Origin: an uncultured Actinomycetota bacterium
Lineage (GTDB): Bacteria > Actinomycetota > Thermoleophilia > RBG-16-64-13
DNA length: 64,000 nt
NCBI GenBank assembly: GCA_963796315.1
Contig: CAWCLH010000020.1
Location: 689,039 to 753,038 of the forward strand
Direction: 5' to 3'
This document shows, piece by piece, positions 1 through 14,249 of this stretch. Numbering within the stretch: position 1 is the stretch's first letter; each line of letters starts with the position of its first letter. The translations under genes and the position numbers were made by a program. Below the pieces are notes generated by a model. That model was not told the origin of the DNA and made no database searches. It saw only the letters and a list, made by a program, of their open reading frames with translations.

Positions 1-921
1 GTTGCGCCGGACCGTCCCGACCGCGGCCAAGCGGGCGGCCAACGCGGCCAGGTCGACGTCGTGCCCGGGGCGAGGCACGATCTGCACGGCGTCGCGTCCG
101 CACAGGGAGACGGCATCGTACTCCTCCTCCGCCTCGAGGTAGGGGAACTGCGCCATGCCGCAGGCGGGGCAACGCTCGTCGCGGACGACCGGGATGCTTT
201 GGAACGAGAGATCCCAGAGGTCCAGCGCCAGCAGGTCGCGATTGCGGGCCTCGGGGTCGACCAGGAGCTTCACCGCCTCCACCGCCTGCAGGCTGCCCAC
301 GACGCCGACGACGGGTCCCAGGATGCCGGCCGTATCGCAGGTGGGCGCGGCGCCCGGTGCCGGAGGCCGGGGGAAGACGCAGCGGAGGCAGGGACCCTCG
401 CCGGGCACGATGGTCATGGTCATGCCGGACGCCCCGATGACGCCCCCGTAGACCCAGGGAATCCCGCGACTGACCGAGAAGTCGTTGACGAGGAAGCGGG
501 TGGCGAAATTGTCGGTCGCGTCGACGAGCAGATCCAGGCCCTCGCCGAACGCGAGGATGCTGTGCGGGTTGAGGTCGGCCACCATCGGCTCGACCACCAC
601 CTGACTGTTCGCGGCCCGCAGGTGGGCGGCGGCGGCTTCGGCCTTGGGGAGCCGCCGAGCAACATCATCCTCCGTGTAGAGCATCTGTCGCTGGAGGTTG
701 TTGAGCTCCAGGAAATCGCGGTCGACCACGCGCAGGTAGGCGACCCCGGCGCGAACGAGTTCCGAGGCGATCACCGAGCCCAGCGCCCCGCACCCCACCA
801 GCCCGACGCGCGCCCGACCCAGCTTCGCCTGTCCCTCCTCCCCCACCGGCGGGAACAGGATCTGGCGGTGATAGCGTGAGCCCTGCGCCGGCGGATCGGG
901 ACGATCGCTGGTCGGAGCCAC
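1..921 (-). CDS. ThiF/MoeB/HesA family adenylyltransferase, 3' end beyond window
   Basis: Manual minus-strand translation: RYHRQILF..VGCGALGS..VVDRDFLELNNLQRQ..DATDNF..GPCLRC..TCDTAGILGP..RCPACG. GTG start at 921 after AGGAAGG. Not in the ORF track because it lacks a stop. Confidence 0.9.
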   Translation of the reverse strand, partial: MAPTSDRPDPPAQGSRYHRQILFPPVGEEGQAKLGRARVGLVGCGALGSVIASELVRAGVAYLRVVDRDFLELNNLQRQMLYTEDDVARRLPKAEAAAAHLRAANSQVVVEPMVADLNPHSILAFGEGLDLLVDATDNFATRFLVNDFSVSRGIPWVYGGVIGASGMTMTIVPGEGPCLRCVFPRPPAPGAAPTCDTAGILGPVVGVVGSLQAVEAVKLLVDPEARNRDLLALDLWDLSFQSIPVVRDERCPACGMAQFPYLEAEEEYDAVSLCGRDAVQIVPRPGHDVDLAALAARLAAVGTVRRN

Positions 922-932
922 CCTTCCTGCTC

Positions 933-2140
933 CTACCGCGCGGTGCTGGAGGTGGTGCCGCCGGCCAGCCGCTGACGGTCCAGGTCTTTGCCCAAGACGA
1001 TCACCACCCGCTGAGCGGGAAGGTCGTCCCGGCGCACCACGCGGCCGACGCCCAGGACCGCCTGGATGCGGCCCGCCTCGATCCACGACTCCTCCCGGGT
1101 GAGTATCTGGGTCTCGGCGACGTTGGGGAACCCGTCGGCGTTCCGGGTGGGGGCCAGCCGGTAGCCGCGCGGAGCCAGGGCGGCCACGACCGCTTCGGCC
1201 ACGCCCAGTTCACCGGAGCCGTTCTGCACCTCCACCGTCAGGCTCTGCTGCACCACCCGCCCGGTCAGGACCGTACTCCGACGACGTCGGGTTCGTAGTA
1301 CGTGGAGTCCGACCCGGCTACGAACATGCCGGGGAGCCGTACCGGCCGGCCGCGATCACCCAGACCGCGCAGGGCGTCCAGGGCCACCCGTCCGCCGTCG
1401 CCCTCGGCGAGCGTGACCGCGGTGACCTCTTTCCCTTGGTCGCCACCCAGATCACCTGCCAGCGCGGCGACAGCCTGGGCAGCCGCTTCCGCCCCCTCCA
1501 CGCCGTCGCCCAGGGCCGGCGGGCGCGAGGCGGTGTCGGCGGCTCGGGCGAGGGCTCCGCGCAGGTCGCTCCAGGTGAGGTCAGCGACGGCGACCGGCCG
1601 CACCCCCAGCAACGATGAGACGGCGGACAAGAGCGCGGTCCGGTCGTGACCCCCGAGCAGGGTCTCCACCCGGGCGAAGCCGGCCGGTCCCTCCAGCAGG
1701 GTGGACGCGGGCATGCCCACCACCAACGGCCGGTCGCGGGCGGGATCGACCAGGACGATGGCCTTCAGCGCTCCCCCGTCCCGCACGGCCAAGACGACCG
1801 GATCCCCTCCACCCCCTCCGGACACCGACTCCGTCCCGTCTCCCCGCACCAGCCGGGCGGCGACGAAGATCAGCGCCAACAGCACGGCGAGCGTGACCAA
1901 TCTGGCCGTCCAGCGAACGACGAAGGCCCGGCGCCCGCTGCGCCGGGCCTGGAGGCGTCGCTGACGGTAGCCCGAGGTGCCGGGCGAGAGGTCTCCCCGG
2001 CGTCCGCCGACCGGTCCGGCACGGAGCGAGGCCGCGGTCACGCGCTCCCCCTTCGGCTCGGGCGGCGGCGTCGGCGGCCGGGCCTCGGGACTCTGCGCCT
2101 CCGGCTCGGGCGGGATCGGAGCTTCGTGGGGTTCATTCAT
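933..2140 (-). CDS. LCP-like/LytR C-terminal domain membrane protein, one frameshift near 1260
   Basis: MNEPHEAP start overlaps the nadD stop (ATGA). One TM segment, then a LytR_C signature VEVQNGSGELGVAEAV...VVIVLGKD in ORF 933..1256. Confidence 0.75.
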
Positions 2141-2829
2141 GGGCAGCGGTACGCCCCGGTCTTCTCGATCAGCTGCCGGACGCCCTCCGGCACCAGATAG
2201 CGGCAGCTCCGGCCGGAGGCCACCCGCTCCCGGATCATGCTGGAGGAGACCGCCAGGCCCGGGATCTCCATGAGCAGCACCCGCTCGCGATGTTCCATCC
2301 CGCCGAGGACACCGGCCAGCCGCCCCAGATCGTAGCCCGGGCGGGTGGCGGCGATCAGCGAGGAGAGCGAGAGGATCCGTTCCGGATCCTTCCAGGTGAG
2401 GATATCCAGGACGGCGTCGGCTCCGGTGATGAAGAAGAGCCGGGCGTCGTCCCGCAGCAACCGGCCCAGGGCGGCGAGCGTGTCGGCGGTGTAGTCGACG
2501 CCGGGCCGGTCTATCTCGAAGCGGGAGACCCAGAACCGCGGGTGCGAGGCCACGGCGACGTGCACCATGAGGTAGCGCAGCTCGGCCGAGGTGGTCTCTC
2601 CCGGTTTGTGCGGGCCCTGTCCGGTGGGCATGAAGACGATGTCGTCCAGAGCGAACTGGTGCAGCGCCTCGTCGGCGGTGACCAGGTGCCCGATGTGGAT
2701 CGGGTCGAAGGTACCCCCCATGATGCCCAACCTGAGGCCGGGCCGCTCCCACAGTCTCTCGAGGAGCTCCACCTCCGGTCTTTGCCCCCTCCCGCCGGGA
2801 CGCCTCTCTTCGCCGGCCGCGTGCTCCAT
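2137..2829 (-). CDS. nadD: nicotinate-nucleotide adenylyltransferase
   Basis: GIMGGTFDPIHIGHL, FFITGADA and VSSSMIRER motifs; ATG at 2829. Confidence 0.96.
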   Translation of the reverse strand: MEHAAGEERRPGGRGQRPEVELLERLWERPGLRLGIMGGTFDPIHIGHLVTADEALHQFALDDIVFMPTGQGPHKPGETTSAELRYLMVHVAVASHPRFWVSRFEIDRPGVDYTADTLAALGRLLRDDARLFFITGADAVLDILTWKDPERILSLSSLIAATRPGYDLGRLAGVLGGMEHRERVLLMEIPGLAVSSSMIRERVASGRSCRYLVPEGVRQLIEKTGAYRCP

Positions 2830-4082
2830 CAGCGCGTGTGGCCGCTCCCGACGACGACGTACTTGGTCGAGGTCAACTCCTTGAGCGCCAGCGGACCCCG
2901 AGCATGCAGCTTCTGCGTGGAGATGCCGATCTCGGCCCCCAAGCCGAACGCTCCGCCGTCGGTGAAACGGGTGGAGGCGTTGACGTAGACGGCGGCCGCG
3001 TCGACGGCGTCGGTGAAGCGCCGGCTGGCCGTGAGGTCGCCCGTGACGATGGCCTCCGAGTGACCCGTGCCGTAGCGGGCGATGTGGTCGATGGCCTGCT
3101 CCAGGTCGTCCACCACCCGTACCGCCATCTTGAGGTCGAGGAACTCGGTGGCGTAGTGCTCGTCGGTGGCGGATTCCAGCCGTGAGCCCGCCTCTCCCAG
3201 AGCCGCGCGGGAGGCCTCGTCCACGTACAGCACGACGCCCCGTTCCTCCAACTCCCGGACCACTCGGGGCAGGAAGGCCTCGGCCACGTCGCGGTGCACC
3301 AGCAGGGTCTCGGCGGCGTTGCAGACCCCGGGACGCTGGACCTTGGCGTTGACGGTGATGTCGACGGCGTCGTCCAAGTCGGCCGTCCGGTCGACGTAGA
3401 CGTGGCAGTTGCCGCCGGCCGCGTAGATGACGGGGACCTTGGCGTTGTCGACCAGGAAACGCTTGAGCTCCTCGCCGCCGCGGGGGATGACCACGTCGAT
3501 CAGCCCCTCCAGCTGCAGCAGGTCCAGCAGCACCTCGCGATCGCGCGACCCCACGAACTGGATGGCCTCGCCCGGCAGCCCGGCCTCCATCACAGCGCCG
3601 GTGATCACCTCGGCCAGGATGCGGTTGGAGTGGAACGCATCCGCGCCGCCGCGCAGGATGACCGAGTTCCCCGTCTTCAGGCACAGCGCCGCGGCGTCGA
3701 CGGTGACGTTGGGGCGGGCCTCGTAGATGACGGCCACCACCCCAAAGGGCACCCGGCGCTTCTCGATCTGCAGCCCTTCCGGCGTCCTCCATCCTTCCAC
3801 CACTTGGCCCACCGGGTCGGGCAGGGCGGCGACGGACCGGAGGCTCTGGGCGATGCCCCGCAGGCGTTCCTCGTCCAGGAGCAGCCGGTCGAGCAGCGCG
3901 TTGGACAGTCCCTTCTTGCGGCCGTCGGCCACGTCCTCGGCATTCTCCTGCAGGATCTCGTCTCGACGGCGTTCCAGCGCATCAGCCATCTCCAGGACGG
4001 CCCGGTCCTTCTGCGCCGAGGAGGCGAGGGCCAGCCGGCGCGACGCCTGCTTGGCCTCCTGAGCCAGCTTCTTGATGTCCAC
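2829..4082 (-). CDS. proA: glutamate-5-semialdehyde dehydrogenase
   Basis: IYEARPNVT, RPGVCNAAETLL and VNASTRFTDGGAFGLGAEIGISTQKLHARGP motifs; intact ORF. Confidence 0.97.
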   Translation of the reverse strand: MDIKKLAQEAKQASRRLALASSAQKDRAVLEMADALERRRDEILQENAEDVADGRKKGLSNALLDRLLLDEERLRGIAQSLRSVAALPDPVGQVVEGWRTPEGLQIEKRRVPFGVVAVIYEARPNVTVDAAALCLKTGNSVILRGGADAFHSNRILAEVITGAVMEAGLPGEAIQFVGSRDREVLLDLLQLEGLIDVVIPRGGEELKRFLVDNAKVPVIYAAGGNCHVYVDRTADLDDAVDITVNAKVQRPGVCNAAETLLVHRDVAEAFLPRVVRELEERGVVLYVDEASRAALGEAGSRLESATDEHYATEFLDLKMAVRVVDDLEQAIDHIARYGTGHSEAIVTGDLTASRRFTDAVDAAAVYVNASTRFTDGGAFGLGAEIGISTQKLHARGPLALKELTSTKYVVVGSGHTR

Positions 4083-4183
4083 CCGACCTCCCGCATCCGC
4101 TGCACGACCGCCGCTTACGATATCAGCAACGTCGGACGAACGGCCGTCGCCTCCGCCGACGGACGCCCGGCCGACCCAGCCCC

Positions 4184-5280
4184 TCAGCCCAACAGGACCA
4201 GGTAGTCCCGATGGATCGCCTCGGACGACGCCTGGGGCAGCACCCGGCCCACCTCCGCGCTTCGCAGGCCCTTGACCTGCTCCAACTCACTCCGGGAGTA
4301 GTTGACGATGCCCTTGGCGAGCTCGCGTCCGGACTCGTCCAACACCAGCACGGCATCCCCGGCGTCGAAGCGCGCCCTCCACCGACCGCACGCCTACCGG
4401 CAGGAGGCTGCCTTGGCCCAGCACCGCCCGGGCGGCTCCCTCGTCCACCACCACGCGGCCGCGCACCGGCTTGGCGTGCAGCAGCCAGAGCTTGAAGGCG
4501 CCCAAGCCCAGGTCGCGGGCGAGGAAGCGGGTGCCCACCGGCTCCCGCGAGAGCACGGCGCCGATGACGCCGGGCCGCGTGCCCCGTGCGATCACCGTCT
4601 CCACGCCGCCGCTGGTGGCGATGCGGGCGGACTCCACTTTGCTCCGCATGCCTCCGCGGCCCAGGGGGCCGCCGGACCCGGTCTCCACGGCGTCGAGCTC
4701 GCGGAAGTCCCGCACCTCGGGGATGACCTCGGCCGCGGGGTCCTCCGCCGGGTTGGCCGTGTAGAGGCCGTCGGTGTCGGTGAGCAGGACCAGCAGATCG
4801 GCTTTGAGCAAGAGCGCCACCTGCGCCGCCAGCACGTCGTTGTCGCCGAAGCAGAGCTCTTCGGTGGAGGTGGTGTCGTTCTCGTTGATGATGGGCACCA
4901 CCCCCCACTCCAGCAGGCGCTCCAGGGTGTTGCGGGCGTTCAGGTACTGCGCCCGCCCGCTGATGTCGAAGGCGGTCAGCAGCACCTGGGCGGTCACCAC
5001 CTCTTCGTGGCCGAAGAGCTGGCTGTACGTATGGTAGAGATGGCCCTGGCCCACCGCGGACGCGGCCTGCTGGTCCACCACCTCCGCCGGACGCCCCTCC
5101 AGGCGGAGCAGACCCATCCCGGCCGAGACCGCGCCCGAGGAGACCAGGAGCATGCGGTGTCCCCGGCGCTGGAGGTCGCTGATCTCCGCCACCCGGCCGG
5201 CCATCGGGCCCCAGACGGAACTTGCCGCGTTCGTCCGTCAGGGTGCTCGACCCCACCTTCACCACCACCGTCACGCCCAC
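4184..5280 (-). CDS. proB: glutamate 5-kinase with PUA domain, frameshifts near 5205 and 4375
   Basis: VVVKVGSS N-terminus, PIINENDT..FGDND, GRGGMRSK; C-terminus EAIHRDYLVLLG*. Confidence 0.93.
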
Positions 5281-5309
5281 GGAGCCTCCCGCGCCTTGCT
5301 CCCCACCGT

Positions 5310-6704
5310 CTACTGGAACTCGAAGAGGTAGCCGGCGATGTCCACGTCGTCCCCCGGTTGCGCTCCGGCTTCGCGGAGCGGCCTCGTTGATGCCCAGGCG
5401 GTCCAGCCGCTCCGCCGAGGTAGCGGACGGCCTCGTCGTTGGTGAGGTCGAAGCGGCGCACCAGCCGCTCCACCTCAAGGCCTTCGACCACGTAGACCCC
5501 GTCCTCGTTGCGGACGGTGATGGCCTCGCGGCGCCGTCCGGCGGGCCGGTAGGTCACGTGGTCCGGCGCCTCCTCCGCGGCCGCGTCCGCTCCGGCCAAC
5601 GGCGAGTAGACCACTTCCCCCGCCGCCTCCCGCGCCCGGCGGAGCGTCCCCACCAGGTCGCCCACCCGAGCCGCCAGCAGTGCCAGCCCTTCACCGCTGA
5701 CCGCGGACACGGCGAGGACCAGCTCCGCCGGCGCGGGCAGCTCCTCCCGGAGCTCCCAGCAGAACGCGGGATGGCCCTCCCGGCGGAGCCGCTCCACCTC
5801 GGTCGTCAGCTCCTCGGCGACCGCCTCGCGGGCGTCGGCATCGAGGGCATCGACCTTGTTCAACGCGATCAGCTGCGGGTTTCGCCGCGAGCTCCGGCGC
5901 GTGGGCCTCGAGTTCGGCCAGGATGGTACGCAGGTTGTCCAAGGGGGAGGAGCCGTAGTACCCGGTGGCGTCGACCACGTGCAGCAGGGCGTGGCAGCGT
6001 TCCAGGTGGGCGAGGAACTCATGGCCCAGACCGATGCCCTCGCTGGCCCCTTCCAGGAGCCCGGGGACGTCCGCCACCGTGTAGCTCAGCTCCTCGTCGC
6101 CCGGGACCTCGACCACGCCCAGCAGCGGCTCGACCGTGGTGAAGGGGTAGTCCGCCACCTTGGGCTGCGCGTTGGACAGGCGGCGAAGGAGCGACGACTT
6201 ACCCGCGTTGGGGAGGCCGGCCAGGCCGACGTCCGCCATCAGCTTCAGGGTGATCACCAGCCAGAGCTCCTCGCCCTCCTCTCCCAGCTCGGCGAACTTG
6301 GGTGCCTGCCGGACCGAGTTGACGAAGCGGGCGTTCCCCCGTCCGCCCAGGCCGCCGGCGGCGACCAGCACGCGCTGACCCGGGTGGGTGAGGTCGGTCA
6401 CCAGCCGATCGTCGGCCCAGACCTGGGTACCCAGCGGTACCGGGATATCCAGGTCGGCGCCGGTCGCTCCCTGCCGACGGGCGCCCTGGCCGTGCTCGCC
6501 CGACTCGGCTTTGAAGTGGACCTTGCGGACGAAGGGGCTGAGGTCGCGCAGCTGCGGGTCGGCCACCAGGTACACGCCGCCGCCGTGCCCCCCATCGCCA
6601 CCGTCGGGTCCTCCGTGGGGGACGTGCTTCTCCCGGCGAAAAGAAAGAGCGCCGTTCCCCCCTCTGCCGGCGGCCACGTGGATCTTCGCGCGGTCGGAGA
6701 ACAT
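5310..6704 (-). CDS. obgE: GTPase ObgE/CgtA with C-terminal OCT domain, frameshifts near 5880 and 5390-5420
   Basis: [41 protein letters not shown]; ends ..FEFQ*. Confidence 0.95.
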
Positions 6705-6737
6705 GGGAGGAGCCGGCGCCCGCGAGTGCGGAGCGCG

Positions 6738-6990
6738 CTACTCGACGATGATGCTGATGCTGCGGCCGGCCTTCCCGCGGGAGAAGACCACGCGGCCATC
6801 GAGCCTTGGCGAACAGGGTGTCGTCGGAGCCGATGCCTACGTTGATGCCCGGGCGGAACCGGGTGCCGCGCTGGCGGACCAGGATCGACCCGGCCGTCAC
6901 CACCTCGCCCCCGAAGCGCTTGACGCCCAACCGCTGCGCGTTGGAGTCGCGACCGTTCCGCGAGCTCCCTCCACCTTTCTTGTGTGCCAT
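6738..6990 (-). CDS. rpmA: 50S ribosomal protein L27, one-base insertion near 6802
   Basis: [38 protein letters not shown]; continues [20 protein letters not shown] in the shifted frame. Confidence 0.96.
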
Positions 6991-7004
6991 GAAAGCGGTC
7001 CTCT

Positions 7005-7304
7005 CTAGCCGATCTTGTCCACGGCGAGGCGGGTCAGGGCGCTGCGGAACCCCTGACGGCGAAGGAAGCCTCGCTTGGGCTTGTGATACAGGATTTTGAT
7101 CTTCGGGCCGCGCAGGTGCTCGACCACGCGCGCGGTGACGACCGGCAGCTCCCCGCCGAGGGAGACCTCGCCGTCGTCACCCATGACGAACACCGAGCGG
7201 AGCTCGACGGTGTCGCCCTCTTCACCGGCCAGGCGGTCGACGACCAGCTCGCTGCCCACCTCGGCCCGATACTGCTTCCCGCCGATATCGACGATGGCTA
7301 CCAT
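7005..7304 (-). CDS. rplU: 50S ribosomal protein L21
   Basis: [25 protein letters not shown]; canonical position upstream of rpmA. Confidence 0.95.
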   Translation of the reverse strand: MVAIVDIGGKQYRAEVGSELVVDRLAGEEGDTVELRSVFVMGDDGEVSLGGELPVVTARVVEHLRGPKIKILYHKPKRGFLRRQGFRSALTRLAVDKIG

Positions 7305-7395
7305 GTGTCATCCTCGTTCCGTTCGTGACCCGTCTCCCGCCCAGGCAGCATCGCGACAGCAGGCGACGACCGGTCCTCGGAGGCGGGAGCGATGG

Positions 7396-7404
7396 AGTAT
7401 AGCA
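7396..7404 (-). promoter_or_regulatory. extended -10 promoter (TGcTATACT) for rplU-rpmA
   Basis: Sequence match about 90 nt upstream of the rplU ATG. Confidence 0.65.
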
Positions 7405-7577
7405 GGGACCCGTCTCCCGGGCTACCCGGGGACGGCGCGCGGCGGACCACATCGCCCCACCCGTCCCGGCCCCCACGCCCCGTCCGTCCGGGCCGGGCGA
7501 GCAGGCGGCACGGTCGGGCGGGAAGGGCTAAGATTGGCGTACGAGGCCACCCGGCCTCCCGAACAGGAGGTGCTGCT

Positions 7578-7820
7578 GTGAACCCCAAGCTGCACGGCAT
7601 CCCTGAGGAGATCCGCGTCGGTGACAAGGTCGAGACCGCCCTGGGGGTCGGCCGGGTCACTCGGATCTCCAAGCCCGTGCGCGACCGCGACCAGGCGAAG
7701 CTCGAGGTCGACCTGGGGCACAAGTGGCTGAACGTGGAGGACGTGCGCTCCATCGTACGCCACGGCGAAGAAGGCGTGCGCCGGCGCGAGCCGGACATGC
7801 ACTGGGACGAGCACGAGTAG
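7578..7820 (+). CDS. small hypothetical protein (80 aa), KOW/SH3-barrel-like
   Basis: AGGAGG at 7565-7570, GTG at 7578, TAAGAT -10 at 7529-7534. Sequence IRVGDKVETALGVGRVTRI; GC3-rich codons. Confidence 0.8.
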   Translation: MNPKLHGIPEEIRVGDKVETALGVGRVTRISKPVRDRDQAKLEVDLGHKWLNVEDVRSIVRHGEEGVRRREPDMHWDEHE

Positions 7821-7823
7821 GGA

Positions 7824-7840
7824 CGACCCCGGAGGGGTCG
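7824..7840. terminator. hairpin between convergent genes
   Basis: CGACCCC-gga-GGGGTCG; no U-tract. Confidence 0.45.
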
Positions 7841-7847
7841 GCCCGAC

Positions 7848-9514
7848 CTACCCCTCCAGCAGGTGCGCGTAGGCGCAGAAACGGTTGGCCTGCTCGACCA
7901 CCACGCGCACCTGCTTACCCACCATCTCGGCGGCGCCGGTCACGCTGACGACGTAGCCGTCCAGCCGGGCGACGCCGTCCCGCCGGTCGTAGGCGTGCAC
8001 CTCGTCGATGGTCACCTCGCGCTCCTCGCCGGCGACCACGGGCAGGGCGGCCCGCTCGATCAAGTCCCGGTTGCCCTCGGCGCTGACCCGGACCTCGCCC
8101 ACCCGCAGGTGGTCGACGCCCTCGATGCCGAAGAACTTCCCGCTCTTGGTCTGCAACTCGCGCAGGCGGGCGCCGCCGTCCCGCATCAAGGCGCGCCCCA
8201 CTTCGGGGCTGACCTCCACGAGGAACGCCTCGGCGCCACTCTCGACGGCGATGCGCCGCAGCCGGCGTTCGGCCTCGATGGCCAGCGTCTCGTCGGAGAG
8301 GACGACACGCCCGGCCCTGACAGGTGGGACAGGTGTCGGTCATGGTGCCCCGGATGCCGTCGGTGACGTTCTGCCGGGTCATCTCCACCAGGCCGAGCGG
8401 CGAGAGCTCCACCACGTAGGTCTTGGTGCGGTCCTTGGCCAGCTCGGCGTTCAGCAGTTCCAGCACCTGCTCCCGGTTCTCCCGGCGGGACATGTCGATG
8501 AAGTCGATGACCACGATGCCGCCGATGTCGCGGATGCGCAGTTGGCGGACCACCTCCCGGCAGGCCTCGAGGTTGGTGTTGAGGATGGTGTCCTCCAGAT
8601 GCTTCTTGCCCACGTACCGACCGGTGTTGACGTCGACCACGGTCATGGCCTCGGTGTGGTCGATGACCAGGTAGCCTCCGGACGGCAGGTCCACGCGCCG
8701 CTCCAGCGCCTTGCGGATCTCCTCGTCGATGCCGTAGGTCTCGAACAACGGTTTGCTGCCCTGGTAGAGCTCCACCCGGTCGGCCAGCTCGGGCGTGGTG
8801 GCCTGCAGAAAACCCTGCACCCGCTTGAGCAGGGCATCGTCGTCGATGAGCACCTGGGTGAACTCCTCGTTGAGCAGGTCGCGCACGATCTTCATGGCGA
8901 GCTCGGCCTCCGAGTACACCACCGAGGGTGCCTCCAGCGTCTCCAGCCGCCTCTCCACGGTCTGCCAGACCTTCTCCAGAAAACGCACGTCCCGCGGTGA
9001 TCGCCTTCTCGCTGATGCCCTCGGCCGCGGTGCGGATGATCACGCCCGCGTGGTCCGGCTTGATCTCGCGGCAGAGCTTGCGGAGCCGCTGACGTTCCTC
9101 GTCCGGCAGGCGCCGCGACACGCCGCAGAGGGTGCCTTCGGGGACGTAGACCAGGTAGCGGCCGGCGATGCTGAGCTCGGTGGTCAAGCGGGCGCCCTTG
9201 GAGCCCATCGGGTCCTTGGTCACCTGCACGACCAGCTCCTGGCCGGCCTTGAGCAGCTGGGTGATCTTCTTCGGCCCCTGGTCCTCCTCTCTCGGGGAAC
9301 ACCACCTCGTCGACGTAGAGGAAGCCGTTCTTCTCGAACCCGATGTCCACGAACGCGGCGTCCATGCCGGCCAGCACGTTCTCGACCCTGCCCTTGTAGA
9401 TGTTGCCGACGATGGAGGTCTGGTCCTGGCGCTGGACGTAGAGCTCGGCCAGACGGTTGTTCTCCAGGACGGCGACCCTCGTCTCGCGGGCGTCCTGGGC
9501 GATGAGCAGCTGCT

Positions 9515-9518
<4 letters not shown>
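7848..9518 (-). CDS. rng: Rne/Rng family ribonuclease with C-terminal TRAM-like domain, frameshifts near 9290, 8990 and 8310
   Basis: GNIYKGRVENVLAGMDAAFVDIG, QVTKDPMGSKGARLT, VVDVNTG, RQLRIRDIGGIVVIDFIDM, LGLVEMTR; tail DGVARLDGYVVSV..VRVVV. Confidence 0.92.
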
Positions 9519-12203
<2,685 letters not shown>

Positions 12204-12207
<4 letters not shown>

Positions 12208-13053
12208 CGCCGGAGGCGTTTCGCCAACCGAACGATACGGCCCGGGCGTCGCGGGCGCGCCTTCCTCGAAGTAGCGCAGGGCGGCCCGCCCGAGTGCCAG
12301 GGTGCCCGAGTAGCCGATCCCCGCCTTCCAGGCCACACCGGGCCCGGGGATCAGATCGACCACCTGCCGCGCGATGGTGCGGAACGTGAAGCCGACGCCC
12401 AGGACGGCCAGCAGCTCGAACACCCGTTCCTGGTTGAGCTCCAACCCGTGCATGGCCGCCAGTCCCAAGACCAGCTTGATCTGGTTGAGGGTCATCAGCG
12501 GCATGTCGGTGCCGGGCACGAAGAAGGCGACCGCGATCACGCCGTTCTGCCTGGCGGTCTTGGTGATCATGCGGTGGGCGCAGGCCCGACGCAGGCCGGG
12601 GTGCCGCCGACCCAAGGCCACCAGGTGGTCGTCACCGAGATCGCACACCGCCTCGCGGACGGCCTCCCAACCCGGCTCGTCCGTCGAGAACGACACGCGC
12701 AGCAGATCGTTCTCGTATCGGGTGATGTCGTGACTCGCCACGGGCCCCTCGTCGACGGCCACCACCCCGCCCAGCGGCAGGCCGGCTGTGCGCAGCCCGG
12801 GAAGGATCCGATCCTCCTCGCTGGGTTGGATCAACACGAGGAGGATCTCGGCGGGGCCCAGCTTCAGGTTCGCCAGTTGGTCGACGGGGACGGAGGAGCG
12901 CCGCAGCGGGGTGCCCCCGCCCAGGACGGCGTCCGCCGACGCGACCAGGTCCGGGTCGCCGGAGGCCACGACGAACGCCGCCGCCTCGGCCGCGTGAGAG
13001 GCCTCCTTCCAGGCCTGCCACGCTTTGCTCGGATCAACTAGGAATCTGGGCAT
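12204..13053 (-). CDS. DUF697/YcjF-like membrane-associated protein, one-base insertion near 12240 hides its stop
   Basis: TARQNGVIAVAFFVPGTDMPLMTLNQIKLVLGLAAMHG..RTIARQVVDLIPG..GYSGTLALG. Removing one G gives ..RIVRLAKRLRR* with TGA overlapping the next ATG. Confidence 0.75.
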
Positions 13054-14249
13054 ACGCCTCCCCTTTGAAGCGCCCGCCGTACAGCGACGTGCGTGAATGG
13101 ACGTGGACGCTCTCCAGCAGACCGATCGCGATCAAGAACACCACCAGGGAGCTCGACCCGAAGCTGACGAAGGGCAGAGGCACGCCGGTGATGGGCATGA
13201 TCCCGATGGTCATACCCACGTTGAGGAACACCTGGAACAAGATGACCGAGGCGATCCCGGTGGCGATGAGGCTCCCGTAGAGCGACTTCGACATGCTGGC
13301 GATCCGCACCGCCCGCCACAGCACGATCAGGAAGAGGCCTAGCAGCACGATGGCGCCCACGAACCCCAGTTCCTCCCCCAGCACGGCGAAGATGAAGTCG
13401 GTGTGGTGCGCGGGCAGGAAGTTGAGGTGCGTCTGGGTACCGCGCATGTAGCCCTTGCCGCTCAGCATGCCGCTCGCGACCGCGATCTTGCTCTGGGAGA
13501 GCTGGTAGCCGATACCGCTGGGGTCGCGCTCCGGATCGAGGAAGACGAAGAGCCGCTGCCACTGGTAGGGCTTGAGCAGGTGGATCCCCAGCGACGGGAG
13601 GACCCGGAGCACGGCGACGACGACGGCCAGCCCGGCCCCCATCAGCACCGCCAGATGCGCCCAGCGGATGCCCCAGACGACCAGCATGGCGAGCAGGATG
13701 ACGGCGAACACCAAGGCGGTCCCCAGGTCCGGCTCGATGAACACCAGCAGCGCCGGCAGGGCGACGTACCCCACTCCCAGGATCACGAAGCGAAAACGGT
13801 CCCGCAGCTCGACCCCGTGCGCCAGGAAGCCGGCGAAACAGACGATCAGCAGGATCTTGCCCACCTCGGAGGCCTGCAGGTCGAAGAAGGGCAGGGCGAT
13901 CCAGCGTCGGGCTCCCATCCTCACCGAGCCGACCACCAGCACCAGGAGCAGCAGCCCGATCATCGCGCCGTAGAGGACGCGGCGCCAGCTGTCCAGCCAC
14001 GAGAAGTCGATCAGGCTGGCCGCGACCAGCAGGATGGTGCCCAGCAGGACCCCCTGCAGCTGCGCCCGCACGTAGTAGGTGGGGGTGGCGATGTTGCTGT
14101 CGGCGTGGGTGGCCGAGTAGATGGTGGCGATCCCCAATCCGATCAAACCGAAGGCGGCGAAGAGCAGCACCCAATCCAGGTTGCGCAGGTACGCGCCCCA
14201 GACTGAACCCGGGTAGCGACCGTTCGCCGGCCCGCTGCAGCACGCTCAC
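13034..14249 (-). CDS. rodA: rod shape-determining SEDS protein RodA, probable frameshift near 14195
   Basis: GARRWI, QASEVGK, EPDLGTA, GYQLSQSKIAVASG, HTDFIFAVLGEELGF, GVPLPFVSFGSSS. Confidence 0.95.
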
